This document shows, in pieces, positions 10,504 to 20,134 of a stretch of DNA of 64,000 nt. Numbering within the stretch: position 1 is the stretch's first letter; each line of letters starts with the position of its first letter. The notes under the pieces are model-generated. The model was not told the origin of the DNA, did no database searches, and saw only the letters and a list, made by a program, of their open reading frames with translations. Position numbers and translations under genes: made by a program. Location of the stretch: sequence record PV764938.1; one strand, 5' to 3'.

Positions 10504-12033
10504 ATGGCAATGCTTCGCGCAAAACAAATTAAGCTGAACGCAGCCGGTGATATTCTCATCGGTGGCGTAAACGGCGCCGGTGTTGTGCTCGCACAGGGTG
10601 CGACAGGTACCGTTCTTAAAGCAACTGCTTCCGGCTTGGCCTATGAAGCACTTGCCTCTACAGAAATCTCCCATGGTGGTGGTACAGTCAGCGACGCTCT
10701 CGGCACACTGACAACAGACCTTTCCGCGCTCGATACACGTCTCGACACAGTTGAGACAGATCTCGACGCTGCTGAACTGAAGGTCGGTAACATCATCACG
10801 GCTTCGGGTCTTGCCACAGATGGCACACTCGTTGCTTTCACAGGCACAAACTACCTGAACTCTGCTGCTAACCTCAAGGCTGGTCTCACAGCTTTGGATA
10901 CAGCTTTGAAGGCTCTCTCGGATTCGTCCGCTTCTGACTCCTTCGTAGGTACAGGTATTGGCCCGCGTGACCTCACATCGACAACAAAGAACGATGCGAT
11001 CAACGAAGTCTTCGCTAAGTCGGTAGTTGCTAAGGTTGACGAAACCAACGCTCCTACTCTGAACGATGACACCACAGACGGTTATGCAGTCGGTGATATC
11101 TGGATCAACGGCGTTAACGCATACGTTGCTTTGGATGTTACAGAAGGTGCGGCTGTTTGGTCCCGTATCGACCAGAATCTGAATGCAGCTCTCTTCACAT
11201 ACAAGGGCACACTGGACGCTTCTGCAGCGGCTAACATTCCAGCTACTCCTGAGTCCGGCGACACATACAAGATCTCCGTTGCTGGCGACTTCGAAGCTGA
11301 GCCAGGAATGCCATTCGTCAACGTTGGCGACTTCATCGTCTACACAGGCGCTGGTTGGGACAAGATCGATTCCACAGATCCAACAGTAGTTGGTACTTCT
11401 GGTAAGATCACTGTTTCGGGTTCTGCTGATCTCGGCTACACACTGACAATTGCTAACGACTACGTTGGTCAGGCTTCCATCACAACACTCGGTACCATCA
11501 CAACTGGTACATGGAATGGCACAACAATCGCACAGGCAAACGGCGGTACAGGTATCACAACCGTTACAGTCGCTGGCGATGCTGGTAAGGTTCTGACAGT
11601 TGGTGCAACTGGTGCTCTCGAGTACGCATACGTTGGCGCGTTGAAGGACTCCGCTGGCGCAAATGCTGTCGCAGTTTCTGGCACAGGCGCCGCAGCTAAG
11701 CTCGTTGCTACCAATGCAACAGTTGATGCAGACGCTGCTTTGACCCTGACAACAAAGGGTTATGTCGACGATCTCGTTGCTGACCTCCAGGCTGGCGCAG
11801 CTGAAAAGGCTGACGAAGACTTTACTGTTGGTGCAGCACCTGCTGCGGATTACGAAGTAACTCTGACAGCGGCACCAATCGGTGACGTTTCGGTATTCTT
11901 CAACGGCATCAAGCTCCGTAAGACAGGCTACACGGTAACAGGTACAACTGTTGCTCTTGTAGATTCCGTCAACGGTTACGCTGCTGAAGAGAACGATGTT
12001 ATCAGCGTTTCCTACATGAAGGCTGGTGCTTAA
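10504..12033 (+). CDS. Putative virion fibre protein (short coiled coil, Gly/Thr/Ala-rich)
   Basis: LRAKQIKL N-terminus, heptad LSALDTRLDTVE, GGTG repeats, C-terminal VFFNGIKL...GYAAEENDVISVSY. Confidence 0.7.
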   Translation: MAMLRAKQIKLNAAGDILIGGVNGAGVVLAQGATGTVLKATASGLAYEALASTEISHGGGTVSDALGTLTTDLSALDTRLDTVETDLDAAELKVGNIITASGLATDGTLVAFTGTNYLNSAANLKAGLTALDTALKALSDSSASDSFVGTGIGPRDLTSTTKNDAINEVFAKSVVAKVDETNAPTLNDDTTDGYAVGDIWINGVNAYVALDVTEGAAVWSRIDQNLNAALFTYKGTLDASAAANIPATPESGDTYKISVAGDFEAEPGMPFVNVGDFIVYTGAGWDKIDSTDPTVVGTSGKITVSGSADLGYTLTIANDYVGQASITTLGTITTGTWNGTTIAQANGGTGITTVTVAGDAGKVLTVGATGALEYAYVGALKDSAGANAVAVSGTGAAAKLVATNATVDADAALTLTTKGYVDDLVADLQAGAAEKADEDFTVGAAPAADYEVTLTAAPIGDVSVFFNGIKLRKTGYTVTGTTVALVDSVNGYAAEENDVISVSYMKAGA

Positions 12034-12110
12034 TTAGCTCTTTGATGGGGCGGGTGGCAACGCTCGCCCCAAATCCATAAATATCGAAAATATAATCCCG
12101 AGGAGTTGCG

Positions 12111-14213
12111 ATGAGCCTGCTTAAACTAAAACAAATTGCTGGTCCGGTGGATAACGCCGCGGGTAGTTTTGTTTCTTTCAACGGAACGATACCAGTTTGG
12201 TCTTCTGCGTTGACCACAGGTATCGCTATTCCAAGTGGTACAACTGCTGAACGTCCGCAGACGCCAACAGATGGTATGATCCGTTTCAATACGGAAACAA
12301 ACGAGGTTGAGGCATTCGACGGCACCGAATGGGTCTCCCTACAAACAGGCAGTTTCACAGATCTCACAGACACTCCAGACTCCTTCACCGGTGAAGGCGG
12401 TAAGCTTGTTCGCGTAAATGCAACGGGTACTGGTCTTGAGTTCTTCACTCCGGAAGTTGGCTTCACTGACAAGATCCAAAGCGGCGACACAACAGCATTC
12501 GTAGAAACCGAACGTACAGGCTTTGAAAACAAGGTTGTTGCGGGTTCCGAAGGCGTGGTTGCTCTGGAAGTCATTGGTGATTCCGAAGTAACAACCGGCG
12601 ATCATCTCACAGTGACTCATCAGACTGGTGAAGTTCAGCTCGTAGCCAAGAACACCGCAGGCACTGGTGATGTTGACGTTCGTCTTATCCCACAGGCTGC
12701 TGGTCACGTTTTCTTCGGTACACAGGGCGACGGCGTTGTTGAATCCGAATTGACATTCGACCTTTACGTTAAGGGCGGTGACAACGATGCGACTACGGCT
12801 CCCGGCGACATCACAGTTTCCGGTGGTAATGCCGTTTCAGGTAATTTCTCCGGTGGTAACGTAATCATCAAGGCAGGTGAAGGCTTTGGTACTGGTCTCC
12901 CAGGTCAGGTTAGCGTTCAGGACATCTACGGCACAAAGATCGTAGAATTCAAGACTGCTGGCGATGCAAGCTCTAACTGGCTTGAAATCACAAACGGTTC
13001 CGCAAACGCTGATCCTGCAATCAACGGTGTAAAGATCTCTGCGGCTTTGGCTTCCACGGCGGCAAACGTCGACATCTACTTGGATCCAAAGAACGCTGGT
13101 CTGGTCCGCGTTAGTGATTATTCCGCATACTCGGCAGCACTCGTAGCAACTGGTGGTAACGATGCGCTCGTAACAAAGGGTTACGTTCTGTCGTTGGCCG
13201 GTCTCGGTGAAGGCGAAGAAGGAACAATTATCGCGGGTACTGGTCTCACCGACGATGCTGGTGTGTTCAACGTAAACGTTGGCGCAGCAACGATCGCCGT
13301 AGATGGTTCCAACAACTTGATCGTTGGCAGCTCTGCTACTGCGGGACAGGTTCTCCTAAGCTCTGGCGTTGCTGATGAACAGGCAGTATGGGGCGCACTA
13401 AACCTTTCTGACACTAACGCATTCACAGGCGTTCTGAGTCCAGCAAACGGCGGTCTTGGTTTCACGACATTCGCACAGGGTGACATTCTCATCGGTAATG
13501 CCGGTGGCACTCTTGATAAACTTGCGATTGGTCCTGTTGGTCAGGTTTTGGTCTCTAACGGCACCACACTCGGCTACTCGCTGATCAATGCACTCTACGA
13601 CGCAAACGGTCTTGTCGCGCTTTCCACAGTCGCAGCAACCACTCCGGTCAACAATCTCTATGTGAAGAACTCGGCTGCTGATGCTCCGGTTGAAATCGGT
13701 GCAACTGGCTCGGACACAGACATCGACGTCATGTTGTCTCCGGCTGGTGCTGGTCAGATCATTGCCAAGTCCGGATACACAGCAAGCATTGGTTCTGATC
13801 CAGAAACAATCGTCACGAAGAAATATGTGGACGATGCAATTGCTGGTCAGGTTGAACCCTACATGCGTTGGGCTGCATTCACAACGGGTTGGTCTTCCGA
13901 AATGAATATCGGTACTCCAACACCAACAGTCATCGGCAAGCAAGTCTATGTTTACCGCGCAATGGTTCGAGTTATCACTCCGATTACAGGCGGTGGTGTT
14001 ACACAGGCACGTATCATGTCTGGCACAGATGTTGTAATGGAGTTCAACGAGAACGACATTCTTTTGGCCGGTACATATGTCGCGGAAACTATTGAAGCCT
14101 TTGCAAGCTCCAATACTCAGCTCGTGCTTCAGTTCTTCCAGAGCGATGGCACTTCGCAGGCAACGCCAACAGCTGGTTCGCTGGAAGTTTCCTTCTACTA
14201 CCGATTTAGATAA
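12111..14213 (+). CDS. Putative virion fibre/structural protein
   Basis: LKLKQI N-terminus, IPSGTTAERP...GMIRFNT motif typical of phage fibres, TKGYV/TKKYVD repeats. Confidence 0.7.
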   Translation: MSLLKLKQIAGPVDNAAGSFVSFNGTIPVWSSALTTGIAIPSGTTAERPQTPTDGMIRFNTETNEVEAFDGTEWVSLQTGSFTDLTDTPDSFTGEGGKLVRVNATGTGLEFFTPEVGFTDKIQSGDTTAFVETERTGFENKVVAGSEGVVALEVIGDSEVTTGDHLTVTHQTGEVQLVAKNTAGTGDVDVRLIPQAAGHVFFGTQGDGVVESELTFDLYVKGGDNDATTAPGDITVSGGNAVSGNFSGGNVIIKAGEGFGTGLPGQVSVQDIYGTKIVEFKTAGDASSNWLEITNGSANADPAINGVKISAALASTAANVDIYLDPKNAGLVRVSDYSAYSAALVATGGNDALVTKGYVLSLAGLGEGEEGTIIAGTGLTDDAGVFNVNVGAATIAVDGSNNLIVGSSATAGQVLLSSGVADEQAVWGALNLSDTNAFTGVLSPANGGLGFTTFAQGDILIGNAGGTLDKLAIGPVGQVLVSNGTTLGYSLINALYDANGLVALSTVAATTPVNNLYVKNSAADAPVEIGATGSDTDIDVMLSPAGAGQIIAKSGYTASIGSDPETIVTKKYVDDAIAGQVEPYMRWAAFTTGWSSEMNIGTPTPTVIGKQVYVYRAMVRVITPITGGGVTQARIMSGTDVVMEFNENDILLAGTYVAETIEAFASSNTQLVLQFFQSDGTSQATPTAGSLEVSFYYRFR

Positions 14214-14279
14214 TGGGGCGAAAGCCCCATTTGTACTGACGATTTCATATCGACGGGATTATTCCCGACAGGAGTTTAA

Positions 14280-15251
14280 ATGGCAATCACATATAACATG
14301 AAGGGAACATCGTTCTCCAGCTTCACCATCGGTAAGCAGGGCGTGACAGTTCTCCAAGGAACAGTAAATCCGACAGTTGGTCAGGGCGTAAACGGTGACC
14401 TCTTCTTGCAGGCCGGTGCTACTCCGGCTTTGTGGCAGAAGGTTGCTGGTGCATGGAACAAGATCGGTAACTTCGGTTCCAAGATCTTTACCGACGACAC
14501 AAATGTTGACACTTCCCAAGTCGCCGACACAATCACATTCAACGTCGACGGTAAGCGTATCATCGATGTAACTGGTGATGTTCTTGCGGTTAGCGGTGAG
14601 AAGCTGACAATTAAGAACGGCAACACCAATGTTCAATTCGTTGTCTCGGATACTTCCACAACAAACCCAGTGGACTTGATTTTCGATCTCCAGGGCACTG
14701 GTGCAGTTAAGATTCAATCCGACGCTGATTCGGCTATCCGCACAAGCGATGGCTCCGATATCACGCTTCAACCCGGCGATAAGACTTCGGGTGCTGGTGG
14801 CGATGTTGTCATCAAGGGTGGTATCACAACCGCAGCCGGTCAAGCCGGTGGCGACATTCAGTTGGTTCCTGGTGCGGGTGGTTCTGGTGCGGCGGCTGGT
14901 CAGATTCTCGCAAGTGCTGGCTACCTTCCAACTACAGAAAACTCTGTCGTTACTCGCCTTTCCCTAACAGACTTGATTGTCAAGATCATTACAGCGGATT
15001 CCACATATAACGTTCCGCTAAATGAGCAGGCAATTCTAGTGAATCGTACCGGTGGCACAGCCGTTGTTCTCCCTGTAACTAACGTCCCAGTTGGTCATCA
15101 GATCAAGGTCAAGGATATCAGTGGTTCGGGCACAACGACAATTTCCGTATCCGGTGGTGGACAAATCGATGCAAACGGTACAAACCCAACTGTTACCGCA
15201 TATGGTAAGGCCACGTTCATCTGGTCTGGAACCGCTTGGTTCACAATCTAA
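14280..15251 (+). CDS. Putative virion structural protein
   Basis: AGGAG RBS; GGDVVIKGG/GGDIQLVPG repeats similar to the previous gene. Confidence 0.65.
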   Translation: MAITYNMKGTSFSSFTIGKQGVTVLQGTVNPTVGQGVNGDLFLQAGATPALWQKVAGAWNKIGNFGSKIFTDDTNVDTSQVADTITFNVDGKRIIDVTGDVLAVSGEKLTIKNGNTNVQFVVSDTSTTNPVDLIFDLQGTGAVKIQSDADSAIRTSDGSDITLQPGDKTSGAGGDVVIKGGITTAAGQAGGDIQLVPGAGGSGAAAGQILASAGYLPTTENSVVTRLSLTDLIVKIITADSTYNVPLNEQAILVNRTGGTAVVLPVTNVPVGHQIKVKDISGSGTTTISVSGGGQIDANGTNPTVTAYGKATFIWSGTAWFTI

Positions 15252-15322
15252 CCCTCGTTCAAAAATCCCGGAATTTACGTAAATATTGGTAGATTCCGGG
15301 ATTTCCTTATGAGGGCGATGCG

Positions 15323-15847
15323 ATGAGCACTAAAGATCGAACACCACTTGATTCTAAAAAAGAAGATGCATGGTTTGGCGTTTATTGGCGTCCAGCAGCG
15401 GCAGTGATTTACCTGCTCATTTGCGTGTTCGACTTCGTATTGGTTCCCACCTATTTGGGTCTCTGGAGTGAACCCCTAAAGGATCTGATCCTTGCGGTTA
15501 AGGATCTTCCAGCGGATGCACAGAGCATCGTCCTGACAATGAAGCTTGCGACTTGGGATCCATTGACTCTTAAGGGTGGTGGTTTGTTCCACGTTGCGTT
15601 CGGTGCAATTCTCGGTGCTACAGTTTGGACACGTGGTCAGGAGCGCATCAACGAGATTCGTTCCGGCTATTCGGACCCCAACATGTATCAACAGCCTGGT
15701 TATTCCCAGCAAATTGATCCGTACCAGATGCAGGGACAATATCCGGTGCCTCCGCAGATGCAGGGCTACCAACTAAATAACAACGTACAAAATCCACAAT
15801 ATCCTACCAATGGAGTCAAAGTTGACAACCCCGACGAAAACGGATAA
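15323..15847 (+). CDS. Holin-like membrane protein (3TM holin type)
   Basis: WRPAAAVIYLLICVFDFVLVP and GGGLFHVAFGAILG hydrophobic segments; Gln/Tyr/Pro-rich tail. Confidence 0.55.
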   Translation: MSTKDRTPLDSKKEDAWFGVYWRPAAAVIYLLICVFDFVLVPTYLGLWSEPLKDLILAVKDLPADAQSIVLTMKLATWDPLTLKGGGLFHVAFGAILGATVWTRGQERINEIRSGYSDPNMYQQPGYSQQIDPYQMQGQYPVPPQMQGYQLNNNVQNPQYPTNGVKVDNPDENG

Positions 15848-16460
15848 TCAATTCTACATTCGATTGGTGAGCCAACGCTCGCTTGAGAAACCAGAAGTAG
15901 TCGCCTTTTACAAGTTCGTAAAGGGCGTGCTTCCTTCTGGCGTTCTTTCTAGCATCCAAGTCGAACGACCCAACTATGGTCTAGACACGGTTCGACTAAT
16001 CCATAAGACTGGTGAATCGGGTGCACCAGTATATGAAATTCCTCTATCGAGAAACCTTACTGAAAATGAATTCGATTTGGTAAAATATGCGTTCCAAGGA
16101 ATGGCGAAAGAGGGTCAGGAATTGGAGTCGAGCACAGTTGTAATACCGAATGCCCGCCACTTGCCGACTGGCGAATCTCATTTTGAACCCGATAATTACG
16201 ATATCTTTTGTGACACGTTGGCAAAGTACCAACACTCTAATTGGTGCTCTGAACGTACTGAAGCGGGATGGCGTTATGGTGCGGACCACAATCCGCAAGC
16301 CAAGACTTCTCCCTTGCTTCGACCATGGCATGACCTGCCATCGCATTATCAGCGTAAAGACAAAAACCTCCCCAATAAAATTTTCGAGATTCTCGAAGAC
16401 ATGGGATACGTGATCATCCCACGCACAGAACTAGACAAGCTTACGAAGAAAAAACGATGA
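15810..16460 (+). CDS. RyR-domain protein
   Basis: LAKYQHSNWCSER...GWRYG...KTSPLLRPWHDLP matches the RyR repeat consensus. Confidence 0.65.
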   Translation: MESKLTTPTKTDNQFYIRLVSQRSLEKPEVVAFYKFVKGVLPSGVLSSIQVERPNYGLDTVRLIHKTGESGAPVYEIPLSRNLTENEFDLVKYAFQGMAKEGQELESSTVVIPNARHLPTGESHFEPDNYDIFCDTLAKYQHSNWCSERTEAGWRYGADHNPQAKTSPLLRPWHDLPSHYQRKDKNLPNKIFEILEDMGYVIIPRTELDKLTKKKR

Positions 16461-16873
16461 AAATCTCCCAGCTAATCAAGCGACTAAAGATGACCAAAAA
16501 GCCAGAGCTTCAAAGGGAGTTGGTTCTTGAAGCCTGGCAGTCCTGCGATAACTTCTTTGTTGGTCTCCAGCTGAGCTGCGACGCCAATACGAAAATCCCC
16601 GTAAGTAAGATTCCTGAAATTGATGTTGATGATGGTTTCGAGTCTACATTTGCATTTGCGGATTTTATGACGCTTTATGATTCCGTGACCCAAGTCGATA
16701 TAACGCCGGAAGCTGCTCGTGAGCTAATCATCGAGGCTGCTTCTATTGCCGACTTTACTGAATGGAATACTTTCTACCGACGTATCCTCTTGAAAAAGCT
16801 GCAAGAAGACCTACCAATGGATGTCATTGCGCAGGTGCTTTCCGAGTTGACAGGTATCCAATTCGTGCTATAA
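16457..16873 (+). CDS. Stand-alone homologue of the N-terminal domain of phage ATP-dependent DNA ligases
   Basis: FFVGLQL...ITPEAARELI...EWNTFYRRILLKKL resembles the recalled LTGHAARDAI...WNxWYRRILxKDL segment; no KxDG. Confidence 0.5.
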   Translation: MKISQLIKRLKMTKKPELQRELVLEAWQSCDNFFVGLQLSCDANTKIPVSKIPEIDVDDGFESTFAFADFMTLYDSVTQVDITPEAARELIIEAASIADFTEWNTFYRRILLKKLQEDLPMDVIAQVLSELTGIQFVL

Positions 16874-16902
16874 CAGGATAGCATTGAACAGGAGATCGTC
16901 TT

Positions 16903-18930
16903 ATGAATGCAGAACACATTCGCGAAGTGACCGTCGCGATTCTTGATGGCGACGTTTCGCCGACCGCGGCAGCAATTGTCGCAATCCTCAGCGTGGCAAG
17001 CGATGCCTATTACAATGTGGGCGAGGACGCTGAATCTTTCCAATTCCCCCAAATCGACCTGCAGACGGGCGAACTGCTCGAAACTGTCGCCGGCGCGGTT
17101 CCCCTGGATGCACTGATCTCCGATGACCAGTACGATTCGCTCGAACGTCAGCTCAAGGCAATCGATCCCAAGAACGCATTCTTCCTCGAAGTCGGCTCGG
17201 ACGTGCGCGGCGGCAAGGTTCCGCTGCCCTTCAAGATGGGTTCGCTGGACCAGGTCTACGAGGGCGACACTGAAAAGTGGGTTGCCCAGTACAAGCTGGA
17301 ACTCAGCCACTTCGTTATTTCCGACAAGCTCGACGGAACGTCCGTTGCACTGATCTATGATCGCAAGGGCAACTTCCTGAGCGCATTCTCTCGCGGCAAC
17401 GGCACGATGGGCGCCGACATTACGCGCCACATCAAAAAGCTCAAGTGCGTGCCGAAAAAGATCGAGAAGGGTCCGCTTCAGCTGCGCGCGGAAGCGATCA
17501 TCCCGATCGCAGAATGGCCCAAAGTCAAGGCTGAAACGCTTAGCCGCAGCGGTCGCGAATACAAAAACGCCCGCAACTATGTGGCCGGTAAGATGAACGC
17601 TTCGGAGTCCGATCCGGTATTCATCGACAACCTGCACGTGGTTATCACCAGCGTTGAATCCGACGAGCTCGGCAAGGTCCAGCAGCTGGAACTCGTACGC
17701 AACAGCGGCTTCCTCACCAACTATTACGAAGTTGCTGCCGGCGCATATCTGAACGACGATATGCTGACCAAGCACCTCACGGGTCGTCGCGCATACGATG
17801 GCGGCGGATCCAAGTACGAACTCGACGGCATTGTCCTGGATGTTGATGATGCTGCTGAACGCAAGGCGCTGCCGAAGACCACTTCGAGCCTGAACCCCAC
17901 GTTCGCTCGCAAGTTCAAGGTTGCCGATGCTGCAAACTACGCGGAGACCGAAGTCACTGACGTGTTGTGGCGTCTCTCAAAGGCCGGCTATGCAAAGCCC
18001 CGTGTCGAGATCAAGCCCGTTGATCTTGCTGGTGTGACCATCACCTACGCAACTGGCTTCAACGCTGCATTCATCCGCGACAACGACATTGGCCCTGGCG
18101 CTGTTATCAAGATCACACGCGCTGGCGACGTTATTCCGTATATCACGGGCGTCGTGAAGGGCTCCAAGGCGAAGATGCCGGATCAGTCGGTTCTCGGCAA
18201 AATGTCCTACACTCCGGGCGATGTTGATCTGGTGCTCGATGATCTCGACAGTCACCCTGACGTGCGCTATTATCGGATTCTCGATGCGTTCAAGACGCTC
18301 GATGTTCCGCACTTGCGCCAGTCCGCAGTTGAAAAGCTGATCGCCGACGGCTTTGATTCCGAAGCAAAGATCATCAAGGCCACTGAAGCCGAACTGAAGG
18401 CATCGGCTGGTGAAAGCGCCGGCAAAAAGATCTACGCGGGTCTTCGTGCAAAGCTGAACCCGGTCGATCTCGCACTGCTCGCTGGTGCTTCCCAGACGCT
18501 GGGACGCGGCATCGGTACGCGCAAGGCAACGCGCATTATCAAGGCGTTCGGAACCCTGGATGTTACGCTTGCTGAGCTTCTCACGGTCGACGGCTTCGAA
18601 AAGAAGACCGCTGAAACGTTCATGCGCAACTTGCCCAAGTTCAATGCGTTCCTTGCGGAAATCGCCGGCTACTATACAATTGCCGAAGCGGTAAAGCCGC
18701 CGGAAGATGGCGAACTGAAGGGCGTGGTCGCAGTGTTCACCGGCGTGCGCGATAAGGATCTTGAAGCCAAGATCGTTGCGAAGGCTGGTATCATCGGTTC
18801 GTCCGTCAACAAGGACACGACACACTTGGTCTGCAAGGATCCGTCCTCGGGTTCGAGCAAGATGAAGAAGGCCGCTGATCTCGGCGTTAAGATCATCGAC
18901 TTGTCCACTGCACAGGAGCTTTGGGGATGA
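16903..18930 (+). CDS. ligA: NAD-dependent DNA ligase
   Basis: Domain Ia YY...ISDDQYD, SDKLDG, SRGNG, ELDGIV, OB fold ITRAGDVIPYI, HhH, C-terminal BRCT (VFTG...VNKDTTHLV). Confidence 0.93.
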   Translation: MNAEHIREVTVAILDGDVSPTAAAIVAILSVASDAYYNVGEDAESFQFPQIDLQTGELLETVAGAVPLDALISDDQYDSLERQLKAIDPKNAFFLEVGSDVRGGKVPLPFKMGSLDQVYEGDTEKWVAQYKLELSHFVISDKLDGTSVALIYDRKGNFLSAFSRGNGTMGADITRHIKKLKCVPKKIEKGPLQLRAEAIIPIAEWPKVKAETLSRSGREYKNARNYVAGKMNASESDPVFIDNLHVVITSVESDELGKVQQLELVRNSGFLTNYYEVAAGAYLNDDMLTKHLTGRRAYDGGGSKYELDGIVLDVDDAAERKALPKTTSSLNPTFARKFKVADAANYAETEVTDVLWRLSKAGYAKPRVEIKPVDLAGVTITYATGFNAAFIRDNDIGPGAVIKITRAGDVIPYITGVVKGSKAKMPDQSVLGKMSYTPGDVDLVLDDLDSHPDVRYYRILDAFKTLDVPHLRQSAVEKLIADGFDSEAKIIKATEAELKASAGESAGKKIYAGLRAKLNPVDLALLAGASQTLGRGIGTRKATRIIKAFGTLDVTLAELLTVDGFEKKTAETFMRNLPKFNAFLAEIAGYYTIAEAVKPPEDGELKGVVAVFTGVRDKDLEAKIVAKAGIIGSSVNKDTTHLVCKDPSSGSSKMKKAADLGVKIIDLSTAQELWG

Positions 18931-19301
18931 CCGAAGAGCGCAAAAAGCATACGAGTGAGGAATGCCTAGCGTTTGCTTTTGATGAGCTTCGCCAGGATCC
19001 CAACAAGGTCAAGTTCCACGTTAGCTTGATCACCTCGCACGATATCGACAGCTTCAACAAAACGTTGTGGCCCGGCGTGTTCGTGGAAAGCAACTGGTTC
19101 CGTGAATCAACCCGCCGGCCGCCGAAGGAGAAGGATGACAACTCCATGGGCGGATTCGGTCTCGGCTTTCTCGGTGGTGGCACGGACAAGGTCGTCCGCA
19201 CCTACAATAACGAGCTATGGGAGGATCACTCCCGTATGCTCAAGCTGATCGTCACCGAGGAATACGGTGAACTCACAGTCGAGTGGCAAGTCGGCTGGTA
19301 A
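18927..19301 (+). CDS. Hypothetical protein
   Basis: ATGA overlap with ligA; AGGAG RBS. Confidence 0.6.
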   Translation: MTEERKKHTSEECLAFAFDELRQDPNKVKFHVSLITSHDIDSFNKTLWPGVFVESNWFRESTRRPPKEKDDNSMGGFGLGFLGGGTDKVVRTYNNELWEDHSRMLKLIVTEEYGELTVEWQVGW

Positions 19302-19318
19302 CTCAGGAATAAAGTCGG

Positions 19319-19367
19319 TTGACACCCTTCCTGTTTGTGTTAGATTACTGATACAAACAGGAAGGGT
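19319..19367 (+). promoter_or_regulatory. Sigma70-like promoter inside a 15-bp inverted repeat (also terminator-like)
   Basis: TTGACA(19319)-16 nt-TAGATT(19341); arms ACCCTTCCTGTTTGT (19324-19338) / ACAAACAGGAAGGGT (19353-19367), followed by TTT. Confidence 0.6.
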
Positions 19368-19373
19368 TTTCCA

Positions 19374-19541
19374 ATGCGTGATCTTATTGCTGAGTATGAT
19401 GCGATTGTTGCAAAGGGCGGTAACCGCTTTGCAATTCAGGGCCGCCTCAACAAGTTCCGAGACAGCATGACGCAGAAGGAGCGCGATGATTATCGCCGTA
19501 TGCTCGCTCGTCGCATTGTTGCAAAGTCGGAGGCCAAGTAA
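19374..19541 (+). CDS. Small hypothetical protein (55 aa, MRDLIAEYD...)
   Basis: GGAAGG RBS; TAATG overlap with the next gene; translated by hand. Confidence 0.55.
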   Translation: MRDLIAEYDAIVAKGGNRFAIQGRLNKFRDSMTQKERDDYRRMLARRIVAKSEAK

Positions 19542-19927
19542 TGATCACGCTTGCAGAACTCACCAAAGAAGCAGTTGAAGCCAAGGATTTTCGCCGCGAG
19601 AAGCAGGCGATGGCCGCGGTCGCATACATGGAAGAAAACGGTCTAACCGAGGCCAAAGCTGTCGGCCACTATGGGATTCAATCGATTGCCCGTGGTACGA
19701 AGGTTCGGCTTAGGGCTGGCGCGGCTGTTCGCAGCACTCATCCGAAATATCGTGGCGTCGGCTACAACAACCCCAAGACTCGCACACTGAGTGTCTTCGA
19801 CGTCTATACGGGTTATGTGGATTATCACAAAATCGACCGCACGCAGATTCGCAACCCGGAAGTCGTCTGGGTCGGCACTGGTGGTTACTGGTTCTACACG
19901 GACATCAACAACGTGGAGTTTTTGTAA
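19541..19927 (+). CDS. Hypothetical protein
   Basis: Coupled ORF with GGAGG RBS. Confidence 0.6.
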   Translation: MITLAELTKEAVEAKDFRREKQAMAAVAYMEENGLTEAKAVGHYGIQSIARGTKVRLRAGAAVRSTHPKYRGVGYNNPKTRTLSVFDVYTGYVDYHKIDRTQIRNPEVVWVGTGGYWFYTDINNVEFL

Positions 19928-20094
19928 TGCGGAAGTTCTTCAAGAAATATTGGGTTGACCTCTCATTCATCGCGGTAATATGGACCGGTTATGGATACAT
20001 GGTGTATTCTGACCCCAACGCGATCTTCGGTTTCATCTTTCCTCTCGGACTCACAGCCATGGGCGCCGATGTTATGAGAGACCGTGCCGATTGA
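19927..20094 (+). CDS. Small membrane protein (55 aa, two hydrophobic segments)
   Basis: TAATG coupling, GGAG RBS; MRKFFKKYWVDLSFIAVIWTGYG...; translated by hand. Confidence 0.5.
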   Translation: MRKFFKKYWVDLSFIAVIWTGYGYMVYSDPNAIFGFIFPLGLTAMGADVMRDRAD

Positions 20095-20134
20095 TTGGTA
20101 AATAGGAGAAAGCCATCCCCTATGGAGTCTCCTA

